NCBI GenBank assembly: GCA_039096225.1
Contig: JBBPEB010000015.1
Span: 2,108,001-2,172,000 of the forward strand
Reading direction: 5' to 3'
Length of the DNA stretch: 64,000 bases
DNA from: Blastocystis sp. Blastoise
Taxonomy: Eukaryota; Protista; Bigyra: Opalinata
The notes beneath the pieces were generated by a model, which did not search any database, was not told the DNA's origin, and worked only from the letters and a program-made list of their open reading frames with translations. Position numbers and translations under genes: made by a program. The number at the start of each line of letters is the position of its first letter. Positions within the stretch are counted from its first letter, which is position 1. Shown piece by piece: positions 15,746 to 33,766 of this stretch.

Positions 15746-16395
15746 AGATTTATATCTATTCATTTTATATATTAACTGTATCAGTACTTGTATCCTATTT
15801 TTTATTAATTAATTGTCATTATCCATAAATATTTTCTTTTCATACGTTTTTCTTTTATTAGTATACTTAGTCTTTGTTTTCAATAACTGAAAAATTATTT
15901 ATTATTCCTTGTCTTGAGTGTATTTTGATAATATCTCGTTATGAAGTAGTTGTCTTAACGCTATACTGATTTTTTCGGAATCGATCCGAATCATGTATTC
16001 ATTCCAGTAACATAAATAATAACATTAACAACAAAAATGAAAGAAATATGACCAAAAAGAGCAGTATAGCACAATAAAAACCATAGGACATCCAATAAGG
16101 ACATCTCATAAGCATAAGTATTCATTCAGTAATAATATAAAATGAATACTTATATATTTCATACTAGTTTCAATAACTCTTAAAAACTGTGTTACTCTGG
16201 AAAAATAATACTGGAAAAGAAATAATTTAAAAAGAGAACAAAAAGGAGAAAACCATGGTAAAGAAATACAAAATGGATCATTAAAAATAATCATGGTTTT
16301 AGTAAAAATTTGGCTGTGATCCTGTTTATAATCTAAACCGACATTTCTAAGGTCTTTTTCCTATATATTTAATTAATTAAAGAATATTGTTCGAA

Positions 16396-19277
<2,882 letters not shown>

Positions 19278-19763
19278 TTTATATATGTATAGATAATGGA
19301 AGAAATACACAAGATTATTCATTTTTTTACATGTTTTACATTTTTTTTTTGTATTTATCTATGAAAAGTGTATTCTTTTTATCACTTATATTTATTCTTT
19401 AAATTATATAGTAAAACTTATATATTTGTATTCTAAAATGCGTTATTTGCTTTACTGTTTGTTTTATTATTTTACGGTGTGTTTCTCTCATTTGTTCCCC
19501 TTTTTGATAGTCTATATATTATTTTTTTTTCTCTTTCTTTTTTTTTTTAATATATTAATTTATTAACTGTAAATTTTTAAAGTTATTTTCTTTTTTATAT
19601 AAATAAATTAATTGTAAATTAAACTCTTGTTTGTTAGTTGGGCCTTTTATTTAATAACAAAACTATAAATGAATAATTTATTACAAATAGAAAGGCTAAT
19701 GCAGAATTTATTTTTTTTTGTATAACACTTAAGTCATGATATAGATAGAAAACAATGAAGACT

Positions 19764-20070
19764 TTAATTGAATGGAATCAAATGTTGAAAGAATGAAGAC
19801 CAGACATCCGCCACTTTGGATGCATCATTACTGACCTCAATCAATTGTTCAAGATTACTATTTAATAGTTTCATGCCTTCTACGATATCTTCCAGTGTCT
19901 ATAAATAGGAGAGACATATATATTGATAATTATTCAAAAAATTACTTCTGTGATTTCAGTAATCAATTGATTCTTTTCTTTATCGGAATCCTATGACATG
20001 ATTGTTTTAATAGGAAAGTATTTATATATTAATATACTGATCGTATTGACGTTGGACAATCAATATTCAT
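19764..20070 (-). CDS. DAD1: DASH/Dam1 kinetochore complex subunit Dad1-like (70 aa, 3 exons; absent from the ORF track)
   Basis: Spliced product MNIDCPTSIRSDSDKEKNQLITEITETLEDIVEGMKLLNSNLEQLIEVSNDASKVADVWSSFFQHLIPFN matches the Dad1 pattern LI.EI...E.......LN..LE..I.V......V..(L/V)WS.F. Both introns are GT-AG. Confidence 0.75.
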
Positions 20071-20543
20071 AATATATAAAACAATACTAAAATGATTTTT
20101 TTATTTTTTTATTTTTTTATTTATTTATTTAACTTTTAATTAAGATTTAAAAATTTTAACAAAAATCAGAAATAGTTAGAGTTTGGCAGTGAGAACTTTT
20201 TTGCATTATGGAAATCACACTTCTTTTGTATACAATTGTATAATTGTGTATTTGATTAATAAAAATTCTTTATTTCAAAATAAATCACAATAATGGCAGT
20301 ATACATACTTGACATAAATAACATTTTAGTCATTCAGATTATTCGATAAATGATTTTTGGAAATTAAATTGAAAAATTCGTCAAAAATACAATATTTATT
20401 AAATAATTTAGTTTTTTTTCTATATGCGAACATATATATATCAACACTGCTTAAAAAACAGTATTTAAATGAGTACTATGAAAAAAGGAAAATAAAAAAT
20501 GAAAAAGAAAAAATGTGTGTAAACAGTAAATATATATAATATA

Positions 20544-20940
20544 TTATTCATCTTCTTCATCAATAGTCCTGGACTCTGAATCTGTATTATAATCAATAGA
20601 ATCAGGAAGTGGAAGTATTTGATGTTTTGTTTCTAATTGAGTATTACTGAAATCATTAGGTGATATAGGTTCAATAAAAGTAGAAGAAGCATTATGATCA
20701 GTAGACAGGAGAGAAGATAGAGTATTCGATTGATTATTCTAATATATATAATAATATTAATAAGAATTAGAAAAATATTGTAAAATTTGTTTTGTAATAA
20801 TTAGCAATGTTATATTAAATTCGTGATTTATAATTGTATGTATATAAGTATGTAAACATTAAAACATATATATATGTATATACATCATTTATAAGATAGT
20901 TTTGAATGTCATTATCTAACCACATAATATAACGATCTGT

Positions 20941-20985
<45 letters not shown>

Positions 20986-21030
20986 TCACACTTAGCATAT
21001 GAAAGAAAATACATAGAGGAATAAAAAGAG

Positions 21031-21070
<40 letters not shown>

Positions 21071-22204
21071 TATACTTTGTGAAGTTAATGGATTTTGATA
21101 AACTTGTTTATCTACGAATGAAATGAATTCCATCCACGTCTCTTCTTCTTTATCGATTTCTTGATGAGTTTGGGTCTGTATATGCTATAAAGAGATATAA
21201 TAGCAATAATAATAATAATAATAATAAAAACAAGAATATTTAATGAATATATGTTTAAACTTAAAAATGGATGAATATATAATAATATAATATAATAAGT
21301 TATGAATATACTTCATCATAATTTGTATATACAATATTACATATGTTACATAATCGCGGTTTTCTATTACGTTGCTTATCAAATTGCTTATTCACTTTAT
21401 AACGATTTTTAGCTAGCACACGATTTGCCCAATGTTCGGGAGGGACTAAGGGGGATACATATAACGGCAATTGAGTTAAAGAGGGATATGCAGGAATTTT
21501 ATTCTTATAAGTATAAATAAGATCATGATTATGTTTGGATAAATCGCGAATATATATACAATTTGGAGGAGGAGTAGTGGTGGAAGAAGATCTATACATA
21601 AATATTACATATATATAATAATATGATAAATACAGAAAGCCATCAAGTTTATTTAGTTTGATAATTTTACGATTTTCTTTTTCTAATAATAACTTTTGAC
21701 TTTCTGACTTTGTGATAAAATGAATTAACCCTATTATATATATATTTGAATAAGTAAAATAGTCTTTAAATATAAAAAAATATGTATATACTTGATAAAT
21801 TGATCATGGAAATGCGATGTTTAATTGAATAACGATACAATTTCTCATGATATTTTATATCTTTTGACGTTTCTAGAGATTCATTCATGACAATCTTACT
21901 AAGTCTAGATCGACGAGTATTTAATATTTGTGGACCTTTTGTATCTTTTGACAAGGGAACAAAAATATTCACAGATTTTACGTATATATCAGAAACAGTC
22001 TATATTAACAAAATAATAAAACAATAAAATATAATATACAATGTTCAATTTTCGTAATCTTTCTTTCAGTTGTGATATTTCGTACTTTCCATTCATCCCA
22101 TTTTGTGAGTCAATGAAGAAATTCAACGTTGAGGAATAAGTATTCTCATGATTATGAACTCTTTTATGAGATTGACTTGGGAGGGACATTGTATGATTGC
22201 TCAT
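20544..22204 (-). CDS. DBF4: Dbf4-like Cdc7 kinase activator, multi-exon
   Basis: M-motif-like CIYIRDLSKHNHDLIY and DBF-type zinc finger KPRLCNICNIVYTNYDE|HIQTQTHQE, with a degenerate BRCT-like N-terminus. Confidence 0.72.
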
Positions 22205-22393
22205 ATATGTATCTATTTAGTTGTACTTATATGAGTGATATATAGAATATGATTTGTAATTTAATTCAATGAGAAAAAATGACTGTTTATAAACAACAGA
22301 GAAAAAAACAAAATTACACCTTAAGACGAAGACTTTTTCTTGTTTTTCTACAAAAGTATTTATTTAATCATTTACTCTCTATTTATTTACTTT

Positions 22394-22849
22394 ATGGATT
22401 CTGAATGCATATATTTTCGTGAATGCAGAGATGAAGATCTCGACTCTTGCTCTGTGATTTTTGTTGAAACCTTTAATCAACCTCCATGGAATGATCAATG
22501 GCAGTCTTCTCAACAAGCAAAGATTTTTCTGTCTGAATATGCTATGAATATATCATCTCTGAAATATGTTTGCATATATAAGGATAATATCATTGGCTTT
22601 ACGATTGGTCACGTGTCTTCTTTTTTTGATGGAAAAGAGTTCTTTATTGATGTCTTCTGTATATCACAAGAATATCAATCAAATGGTTATGGATCGAGAA
22701 TGATTGATTATTTAAAAGAAGAACTAAAAAAGAAGGATATCCATGAAATATGTCTTATTACAAAATATAAAAGTCCTGCGCAATATTTTTATCAAAATCA
22801 TGATATTCATCATGATACATCTATGATCTTTTGTAATGGAAGCTTTTAA
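22394..22849 (+). CDS. GNAT-family N-acetyltransferase, intronless, bacterial-like
   Basis: ETFNQPPWNDQW, GKEFFIDVFCISQEYQSNGYGSRMI (motif A, Q-x-x-G-x-G), PAQYFYQNH. First ATG at 22394. Confidence 0.85.
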   Translation: MDSECIYFRECRDEDLDSCSVIFVETFNQPPWNDQWQSSQQAKIFLSEYAMNISSLKYVCIYKDNIIGFTIGHVSSFFDGKEFFIDVFCISQEYQSNGYGSRMIDYLKEELKKKDIHEICLITKYKSPAQYFYQNHDIHHDTSMIFCNGSF

Positions 22850-23323
22850 CTCTATTTTGATCAACCATAAAAGTGATACTATGATTGATGTATATTAGTT
22901 GTCTTGTATAGTATATTTCTTTTGTTAAATATTCAAACATTATTGTTTTTGGGATCATTGTTAGTAGGATATCTATTATTCTATATAACTATTGAATTAA
23001 TTAATGAAAAGACTTTATATATTATAGATAATAATTCTGTATATAACTATTGAATTAATTTATAAAAAGACGTTATTTATTATGTATGGGATACCAGATT
23101 ATTAAATCGATATCGTTCTATACTTATATATAATGCTTTTGCTATGTGCTATTATATATTAAATAAATAACAATATGTAATACGGATATGAATAAAAGAA
23201 ATATCTTATTATTTGATATAATAAGAAATATATAGAATACAAAAAATAGAACAAAAAAGACATCATTTTAAATATTACAATCAACTATCAAAATATTTTT
23301 TACATAAAAAACAATATATATAT

Positions 23324-24248
23324 TTATTTTTCTATTTGAGAGCATTTATTTGAATAATAATGAATTGGATTTTCAAGAACTTGTTGAATGGAATCAGTAT
23401 CAGTCTCTAATATACATTTATTGATTACACGTACTATAAAAACATATATCTTATGATTATTTTACATTAAAATATATAAAAACATATATCTTATATATGA
23501 TTTTTTATTAAAATATATATATATATATATATACATAATGCTTCATTTTCTAAAGCTGCAGCAACACGTTCTTTGTCATTGAATTGTCTATTTACTAAAT
23601 ATAGGATATATATAGTAAATTATCACTTAATAAAGTTAACTAGAGTATAATAGAGTAGCTATAGTATAATGAACAATAATAAAGATATATTTATAATCAT
23701 ATATAATAATTATTTAATAAATATAATAATGCTATAATAAACAAAATAATGCTATAATAAACATTATAAATATATTTTTATAAAAAATAAAAAAAATATA
23801 CAAGCATCTTCAGATTCATGAGATCCTGGAACAACGAGGACTTTATATTTCATTCGAGGAGGTAAAGATCTCATTAGTTTTGTTCGAATACATAAACCAA
23901 TAACAGCAGATTGTGTGCAATTAGGTATCGTTGGATTGAAAAATACGACAATAGAATTATTTTTATCATCAACTTTAATGTTTTTTAATTGAATAACATA
24001 TAATTGTTCTAAAGACACAGGATGTTCAGGATCCTTGATTGTTCTGATTAATTCTATAAAAATGATTATTAATGACAATTTTGAATATTTATATATACCA
24101 AATATTTCTAAAGGATCAATAGGATCTCGTATTCTATCATCATGAAGTTGATTCTTTCTCGAAGTCTAATTTACTAGAATGAAAAACGTTATAAAACTAC
24201 TTGTGACTTCTCATAGACAATAGGTGCTGAATTATCTTTACTCATCAT
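23324..24248 (-). CDS. CIA2: CIA2/MIP18 (FAM96B) cytosolic Fe-S assembly component
   Basis: DPIDPLEIFELIRTIKDPEHPVSLEQL, FNPTIPNC..IGLCIRTKL.RSLP, GSHESE, VNRQFNDKERVAAALEN. Confidence 0.92.
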
Positions 24249-24497
24249 ATAATAATAGATTAAATATAATAAGAAATGAGTAGAAGAAAAGAATACGAAA
24301 TTTGCCAGCAAATGTTATATGCAAATAGAAACGGAAACAAAGAGAAACTTCAAAGACAGTTTTCAACACTTTTCAGAATAATTGATCAATTTTTTTTCAT
24401 TTTTTTACTTGTGTCAAATTCTTATTGATTAAAGAGTTCTATTCATTAATTATTTTTTATATCCAAAGTAAATACATCAATTATGTATATATAATAG

Positions 24498-24944
24498 AAT
24501 TTAGTGCAACATACAGTGCCAACAGAATTAGAATGTCCTATTTGTATGGAAAACATAACAAAAGACAATTATATAGAATATAGAATATCTGAAAATAGTC
24601 CGTGGATTCCTTGTCAAGCTTGTGATAATTGTATTGAAATTATACGATCTGGAGCTATGAAGCGTTATCTTCATGATTTACTTCATGCAGATTGTAGACG
24701 TTCCCAACTTCGAGTTCTTCATAAAGGTCCTCCATATTATTTAGATATGTCTGAGGTATTTCCTAATTTAGAATCATGTCCTATAAAAGAAATATGGCAT
24801 AGTAAAAATGATACTATCACTTCTGGTAAAGTTGATGATGCATTAGAAGAAAATGAAAGAAAAGAATTTATTGAAAAATATACATTATTAATTGAAACAT
24901 CCGATAATAATCAAATTGTCAAAGAAACTGATGAAACTAATTAA
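24498..24944 (+). CDS. Small protein with a degenerate RING-like N-terminus; start exon unresolved
   Basis: ECPICMENITKDNYIEYR..WIPCQACDNCI..DCRRS..GPP. Acceptor AG at 24496-24497. Confidence 0.6.
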   Translation, partial: NLVQHTVPTELECPICMENITKDNYIEYRISENSPWIPCQACDNCIEIIRSGAMKRYLHDLLHADCRRSQLRVLHKGPPYYLDMSEVFPNLESCPIKEIWHSKNDTITSGKVDDALEENERKEFIEKYTLLIETSDNNQIVKETDETN

Positions 24945-25406
24945 AGTTATATATATATATTTTTTTTTTCTTTATATAGTATGTATTTGTAATTACATTT
25001 AGAGGTTATTTAATACTATATTGTTTTAATCTATACTTGAGTTATCTTCTTGAATAATGACAAAACTGTAGAATGCAATTTGTGAGGTATTTATAATATA
25101 TATGATTTAATAAAACAAATAAATAACAAAAATATTTGAAATACTCTATTAGGATAAATAATCTATAAAAAATATAAACAATTGAATAAGTATGTTTAAA
25201 ACAATTATAAACAGCGATAAATCAAAACAAATAATATAAAATAATGATAGTAAAAGAAAAAAAGGTTGAAGCACAGAAATGAATAAATAATAAACAGAAA
25301 AAAATAATAAAAAAGAAGACAAATTTTCAAAGAAAAATTAAAAATGGAAAATAAAAAGTTGATTAGATTTAGAATAATATGTATAGTTATAAATAATGTA
25401 TATAGA

Positions 25407-26440
<1,034 letters not shown>

Positions 26441-27401
26441 AGTGTAAAGTTAATGATAAAAATCTAATTTGTCAATATTTTTCTTGAGAATTTTATGTGT
26501 ATACTATTGTTTTTTCAAATAATCGCGAGTACTTCATAATTTTATTTTATCCTTTTAATGAACTATTTCTTACCTATTAAAGGTATCAATAGAATCTTGT
26601 GTTTATAAATGTGTCAATATTCGTTGGATGAGTCATAAGAGCAAACAATTATTATAAATATCGCTTATTATATATTATATACGATGATTATTTCCTCCTT
26701 ACGAACAATGAGCACTATCAGCCATACAAACTTATATTTATTTGTATGGAACTTTTAAATATGTAGTGCTGACGTCATGTAAGTCAATTTTATGTAAAAC
26801 ATTTTATTTCAGAGAATATCTAATCTCAGTTAAGCCAACCACGAATATTCATTATGCAAGAAATCATTATTTCAATAGTATATAAAGAAATATATTTTTT
26901 TACAGCTACTATTTGTATAATATGCTGAATTTGTGATTGTTAACACTTCATCTAGTATTTTCTACACTATCCTATAATATAATGTAACCAAATAATTAAA
27001 TTAAATTTGAGAACACAACTTTAATATCCATATTTGATTCATATCTCATAATTTATGAATAGAATCACTTTATTTATATATAGCTATTTCGTATTGACTA
27101 AACATTTTATTATTCTTGTTTCCTTTCAATTAAATGAGTTTCATATGTAATAATTTTAACTCTTATTATTATTCATACTGTAAATTATTTATATATTTGT
27201 ATGATTAGTCTAAATTTAATTATATTATGCTTATTGGTTACCTTCTTATAGAATTATTGGTCATAAAACATAATGAAATACAATTGCTTTTTCATGAGAC
27301 TGTCGATAAAATCAGGTAATAAATGAAAATTGTCATAAAAGAAGAAAAAAGTACTTTGTTAGGTTACTTGCTGTACTGATTATGTACATAAGTTATTGAG
27401 T

Positions 27402-28803
27402 ATGAATCAAAAGATTGATATCAATCCACCTATGTTTAAAAGTCAAGTGCTAGAGAACGGTCTGACAACTGAGAATGGTTTTGTGTTTCATCCTGAAGTC
27501 ATATCATATGAACCATCTCAAACACACGAAATATATGCACAGAATCAAAACTTAGTTTCCCCAATTCAAAATAATGACCAACCAATTCCAATTGATTTGT
27601 CATTAACTCAGATACAAACCGGAATACAACCGTCAAGTATTACTCCTGTATATTCTAACCAAACCAGAATCCCAGATGTTCCTATGGCTGTTGTTTATTG
27701 TCCATATCCTGATCATTCTGTCTCTATTAGTAATCAACAAACATCCTATTTGGTAGATCATAATTTGTTAATAGCAGGTTCAGATCATAAATCAGCAACA
27801 TCAAATATACTATCACCAAATTCTATTGATCCAAGTTCTCATTTAAGTCCTATTGATCATCATAATGATCTAACAATTAATATTAAGAGTGACGAAGAAG
27901 ATGAGTATTTTTAATAATATATATATATATATTTAATTAAAAATTTTTATAAAAAAATGAAAATTTCAATTAATTATGTTTATCTATTTATTACTTATTT
28001 ATAGAGAATTTCGAGCGCAGTTACTGATAGTCCTGAATTTAGTAAAATGTTGTGTAGCATTCGCCGTTTTTGATATAGTATGTTAGTCAATTTATATAAA
28101 TTTTTCTTCTTCTTATTATATATCTTTTTGTATTCTCATAAATTATTGAATCAATAGATTATTATCTTTTTGTTATTTATATTGTTAACTTCACATATAT
28201 ATAGTTCGCTTCGTTACAAGTTTATTGGGTTTTTATTATTTTTCCAATCTTAGGAATTGTGGGCTTACATAACGGAATCACAAATTATATAATCATCGTA
28301 ATTATATACATTATGTATATTATATTATACATATATACTTATTTAGTTTGGTATTTATAAAATCTTTCAAGTTTGTTCGTGGATTGCTAAGATTATTATT
28401 GATTTATTTAATTCAAATAATGAAATTGCTTATTATGATTTAATTATATGCGTCTGTTGTGTATGCTTATATTATTAATATTTATACACAATTTTCTCTT
28501 TCATCATTTTTCATTATATATATATTATATATATATATTTATAAGTATGTTTTTATTATTAATCATGAATTATAAATTTATGATTCATTTTTCTAGTTTT
28601 TTTCTGCTCTTCATTATGGGAAATTTATAATATCTTTTCATTATGTTCCAAAATCAAGTATATATATATATATTCTCTTATTTCGGTTATCATTTCATTT
28701 ACTTATGAACATTTGTAACATAATAATTTTTATTATTCATTACATAGAGCGTCATTGTATTAATCAAAAGGCTGTTCACGATGCATCCTGCCATTGTTTC
28801 TAA
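27402..28803 (+). CDS. Hypothetical multi-pass membrane protein with low-complexity N-terminus
   Basis: Long first exon, then hydrophobic exons LLIVLNLVKCCVAFAVFDI and LLGFYYFPILGIVGL, ending DASCHCF*. One junction near 28080-28205 could not be phased. Confidence 0.55.
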
Positions 28804-29847
28804 TTTTCCATTTTCTTTTTTATTGCACAATATTTATTTTAAATATTGTGCTTTTTTTTTAATTTTATTGTTTTTTCAATGAAAGATTTGTTGCAATTGC
28901 TTATGTTATTTTTTTCAAATAGTTCATTGTATTATAGAAGATTTTTAATTATGATTTACTGCCTTTCTCAGATTTCTTTTAATATTATGCTATAGATTGA
29001 TATATATCTTTTATGCTTTTATTATTTTTCTTTTAGATATTTGTATGTAACTCGTACTGTGTATACTTACATTTTTTGTCACATTTACGTAAATTTATTT
29101 CAAGTCACTCTTAGATATCTCGTATGTGTATTGTTAAATTAAAAACTATCTCTACATATCCATTCACATATTTCTTTGAAATATTCAGACACTCTTGAAT
29201 AGAACACTATTTGAATTTGAAGAGTAAACATGATTAAAAAGAATACAAATTGTTCTGAATATTATTTACACTATTCTACATTATTTAAAGACAATAATTA
29301 GATAGTAATTTAAAATGTTGACTATTGATTGAAACGTGTAGATAGATCTTTTCTTTCATCGTGATGAATACAATCATATCTAGAACACTGAATACTCTCT
29401 CTATATATATTCATTGTATACAATTCGTTTATAAACACTGTTTGGCTAACTATTCAATTTGTACATTTCGTACTCCAAGAGAGTTTTTGCATACCCCATT
29501 AATGCCGAAAAGTACCCAGAAAAACTGTCTCTTTTAGGAAACTTGCACTCCAAGAGAGTCTTCATGGAATACCAAGAAAATAAATATCGATGTTTCAACG
29601 AAGGGTGTATTGACCAAATCATATGACTTCGTATTGGATAATCTCAACGAAGAAACCAATTGAATCGTAATTATAAACTATCAACAAATGAATTTTCTTA
29701 TAATATCTATACGGTTTATTCTAAAAATGGAAAATGGACATCTTCTTACATCGCACTGTATACTGGCAATTTGTTGAATGTACTTCATTTTGCAAAAAAT
29801 ATCTTATTTGTTTAATATCTTCTTTTATTATATAATTAACTTCTAGA

Positions 29848-30659
29848 ATGAATTCTAATCAAAACAACGTCAATACTCCTTTAGTTTTCCCTGCAGTTAA
29901 TCCTCAACCTGGTTACATCGCTCAACCTGTTCCTCAATATGCTCAACAACCTGCTCCTCAATATGCTCAACAACCTGCTCCTCAATATGCTCCTCAACAA
30001 GTTCCTCAATATGCTCAACAACCTATTCCTCAATACAATCCTCCTACTCCTGGTCAACCCATTTATGCTCAACAACCTATGATGCCTATCAACCAATTCC
30101 AGTATGTTATTACATGTTTTTTAAAACTATATTTATAAAGATATATTACTACTTTTACATTTAATTTAGAATTTCACCTGATATGGAAAAGGCTCTTAGT
30201 CTTGCTAAGTGTATTAGAATCTATGCTATCATTGAACTTGTTTGTTATTGTATTACTATTATTGGATTAGTCTTCATCTATTTCCCTATTACTGCTATGC
30301 GTGCTACTAAACAGTCTAATGCCCATGATTTTGCTTGTGTATATATTATATAATATATGAATGCCATTGTCACTTTTTTCTATATTTTTAAAATAATAAT
30401 TAATTCTAATTATGTTTTTTTATATATTTAGTATCGTATTTGGCGTATAATTTCTCTTGTTTTATCTGTTGCTTCTTTTGTCTATGGATGTTTCTCTGAT
30501 GGCGCTGCTGTTGGTACCAGTCTTGTTGGAGTTGCTGTAGCCATCTATGTATTCCTTCTTTGTGATAAATATTACAAGCTTCTTTGTTCTATTCCCGATG
30601 AACAACGTAATAATATGTCTGAAGAAATGTTTGAAAGAAGTTCTTGCTCCTTATGGTAA
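29848..30659 (+). CDS. Hypothetical membrane protein with PQYAQQPA-repeat N-terminus, 3 exons
   Basis: About five PQYAQQP-type repeats, then ISPDMEKALSLAKCIRIYAIIELVCYCITIIGLVFIYFPI and further hydrophobic segments, ending ERSSCSLW*. Confidence 0.75.
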
Positions 30660-33062
30660 ACAATTAATTCTTTATACATATTGATTTATATAATGATCAA
30701 CTAAAAATAAATCAACTCATCCTATTTTGTTTTTTATCTTTCTTCTCTTCTATCTCCATGTTGTTCATGAATAATTAGTCATATTAAAAGTGTTTTTCTT
30801 TTGTAAGACATACGTTTTTCCATTCTTTATTCGTTGAACGATAAGAAATATGTTTAAAACTCTTTGAAATATTCATCATGCTCCAAAAAGTATATTTTCT
30901 AACCAATACAACTTATTTTTGAAAAAAAAACACACAATTCGATAGTGGCGTTGTTCTTTTAGTATTTTTCATATTGAATATGATCTTATACAAATAGAAA
31001 TAGACAACTGAACTGATTATAATGACTTTTATAGCATATGGACATACTCACAACAACAATTCCAATTAAATGATAACGGAATAGCAGTATACTACCCCTC
31101 ATAGCTGTATATATATCTATGGATCGATATTATTTTATCAGAGTTCTTAAACAGATGCGTATAACTCTTATATAAATAAAAAAAATGTTTCTCTTGGTTG
31201 AACAAGTATTCCGTATGCCAATCAAATACTGTTTTTTCCATCAGAGAAATAATATGACAAAGATCATTATTGTTTTCGATCACTATACATAATGGATTGT
31301 TTTTTGCATCCATTCTTTTTATTGTTACATAAATTTCATTATTTTTTTATTTTATAATCATGAGCTAAACGAATAAATTTTAATTTTCTATCGTCTATCA
31401 ATGCAATATTGAATCGAGAATTCAAGTAAAGTATGTAATATATACCATTAGTTCGCATTAGAGTGTTGTATTGCTTTTCTTGTTGGTGTGCCAAGAGCGT
31501 CTTATACTAATTGAGTGTGTAGGTCGTTTCCATAACACACCTATAGATCAACACTCTTTTGCTGTGCTATTATAATTATATAATACTACTTTCGCAGATT
31601 GTTATATTGTTCTTTTTTATAGTCACTGCGAATTCGTATATAATGAGAAATAAAACGCCGACTAAGGTTATCTAATGGAGATGAGGCTTTAATTCAAGTA
31701 TGTATTTATGATGATTAATTTTTTTTAATTGCGTACTTAATAACGAGTAAAAGTTTTAATATTATTTATTCGTCGCTATTACGCATAAATATCAGATGGT
31801 CACGGTGATTTAATAGATTTCAATTCTATAACGATCATGATACCAATCTAACATTTTCTTATATATAGAACATAGCAAGCAGTACCATTAGAATACGAGG
31901 GGAATGATAATTTAAATATGTATTTAAAAAATATTGCTTAATGAATATCCTATGAAATAGTATTTTAAAATGTGCATTAATGTTTGTAATTAAATTTGTT
32001 TAGTTTAACAACAGACTTAAACGAAACAACAATACTAGAGACATAATAAATGTTTTCATGCATAAAATATATAATAATTTTGTATTAATAAACCATTAGG
32101 TATGAAGAAAAGAAATTCAATTAGCCCACAGAATAATAGAAAAAACGAGAAGAAAGAAAACAGTAGTTGGGTATTCATATAAACATTATCTAGTAAAAGT
32201 ATAAATTAAGAATAAATATTTATAAACATACAAACACGACAAATCAAGAATGTTACATTAAAAATAGCAAGTGAATACACGCAACTCCACATCACATATA
32301 GATATATAAAGGATCATGATAGTTAGTGATAACGGAATTATTAATGATTTGTAATATATATTCAACTTGAAAATAATGATGACAAAAACTTGGTTACTAA
32401 AAAAGGAATACAATAGGAATATATCAGATATCTTATATTAAAATCATTTAATATATGTATAAGGTTAACGGAGATATCTAATTAAACAATGATATCCGTA
32501 TCTCGCTTAATTAAAATAAACATATAAAATAGATTTGCATTGAAAAATATAAGAAGCATATAAATGAACACTTTTGGAATAAATAAAAGCTACTATGTTA
32601 CATTACTAAGCTAAATAACGCAGTAAAACTAGATACAGTAATCAGCAAACGGTCTTATATAAGACAATATAATAACTGAATTTAAATGAAGCATTTATTC
32701 TATAATTACTTATTTAAACGTATTCATGTAGTTCAAATACGGTATCAATATAATAGTGTCAAATAAATAAAGAAATAACAATAATTTTGATGATTTTAAT
32801 AAGATTGCACATAAATAATAATATAAACATATTGTAAGTGGCACTATATAATTTTTTGCATGTATACTATCATCTAAGCGATACGTTTGATATATAATAA
32901 AAAATACAAATTAACAAAATAAACATTTATCGAATTTCAACTTAATCTCCCACATATTTAATAAAATATAAATTGAATTGTTTCGAATTTATAGAAAATA
33001 TCTAAGATAAACATCAAATAAAAATATTATAAGGAAAAAAAAATTTTAAAAAATAGTAAAGA

Positions 33063-33722
33063 ATGACTGATAAAGTCTGAAAAGACTGAATATCTAGTTT
33101 ACAAATATTTAGAATTAAGATAATTTAATATATAGAAGGAGATTCAACTATTAGGTAATTTTAAAGTGTTCTAGATATCATATAGTTATAATATATAACA
33201 TAAGTTACAAGAAATAATATATAGTTAAATTGATGGAAGATAAATTGACTGAAAGTGAAGATTATTTATTTACCGAGAGCAAATATGCATCAAGGTTGGA
33301 ATACATTAGACAGCAGCTAATGGATTTATATGAATGCAGATATTATATATATGAATTATCACAGATAGGTAAAAAAAAATATTTCTTTTAATTAATATAT
33401 ATATATATGAATAGTTCGTGATGAGAGTAAAGTATATTATTTCAATGTGATAGGTCGAATATGTACATCGTATAATGATAGTCAGTATCAGGTTCAAGTG
33501 ACTATATTGATATCATCTATTGAGTATCCAGAGAAGCCTCCAAAGATATTGATAATGAATAATGAGAATGTAGTTTTGAAGAAGAATTGTCGATATATAA
33601 GAGAGAATGGTGAGATACAAACACCTTTACTTATGAATTGGAAATCTGATATATTATTTTCTGAGATAATAGAAGATATTGAGCAATGTTTTTCAAAAGA
33701 TTTTCCTATTTTAAGAGCGTAT

Positions 33723-33766
<44 letters not shown>

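Noticed and set aside
19628-19635. TGTTTGTT, the Blastocystis motif linked to polyadenylation-created stop codons (also near 55753)
   Set aside because: Every resolved gene here has a genomic stop codon. The motif lies in 3' regions and is not rare in T-rich DNA.
29472-29559. 13-bp direct repeat ACTCCAAGAGAGT, two copies upstream of the PQ-repeat gene
   Set aside because: Only two copies and no further structure. It may be a promoter element but that cannot be supported.
30757-30800. Short inverted similarity to 56225-56287 (CATATTAAAAGTGT..TTTTCTT)
   Set aside because: About 20 AT-rich bases, too short to distinguish from chance.
31092-31313. 73-aa ORF in the 2.4-kb gene-free gap before the kinase
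   Set aside because: No recognisable motif or exon chain, so it cannot be supported as a gene or element remnant.
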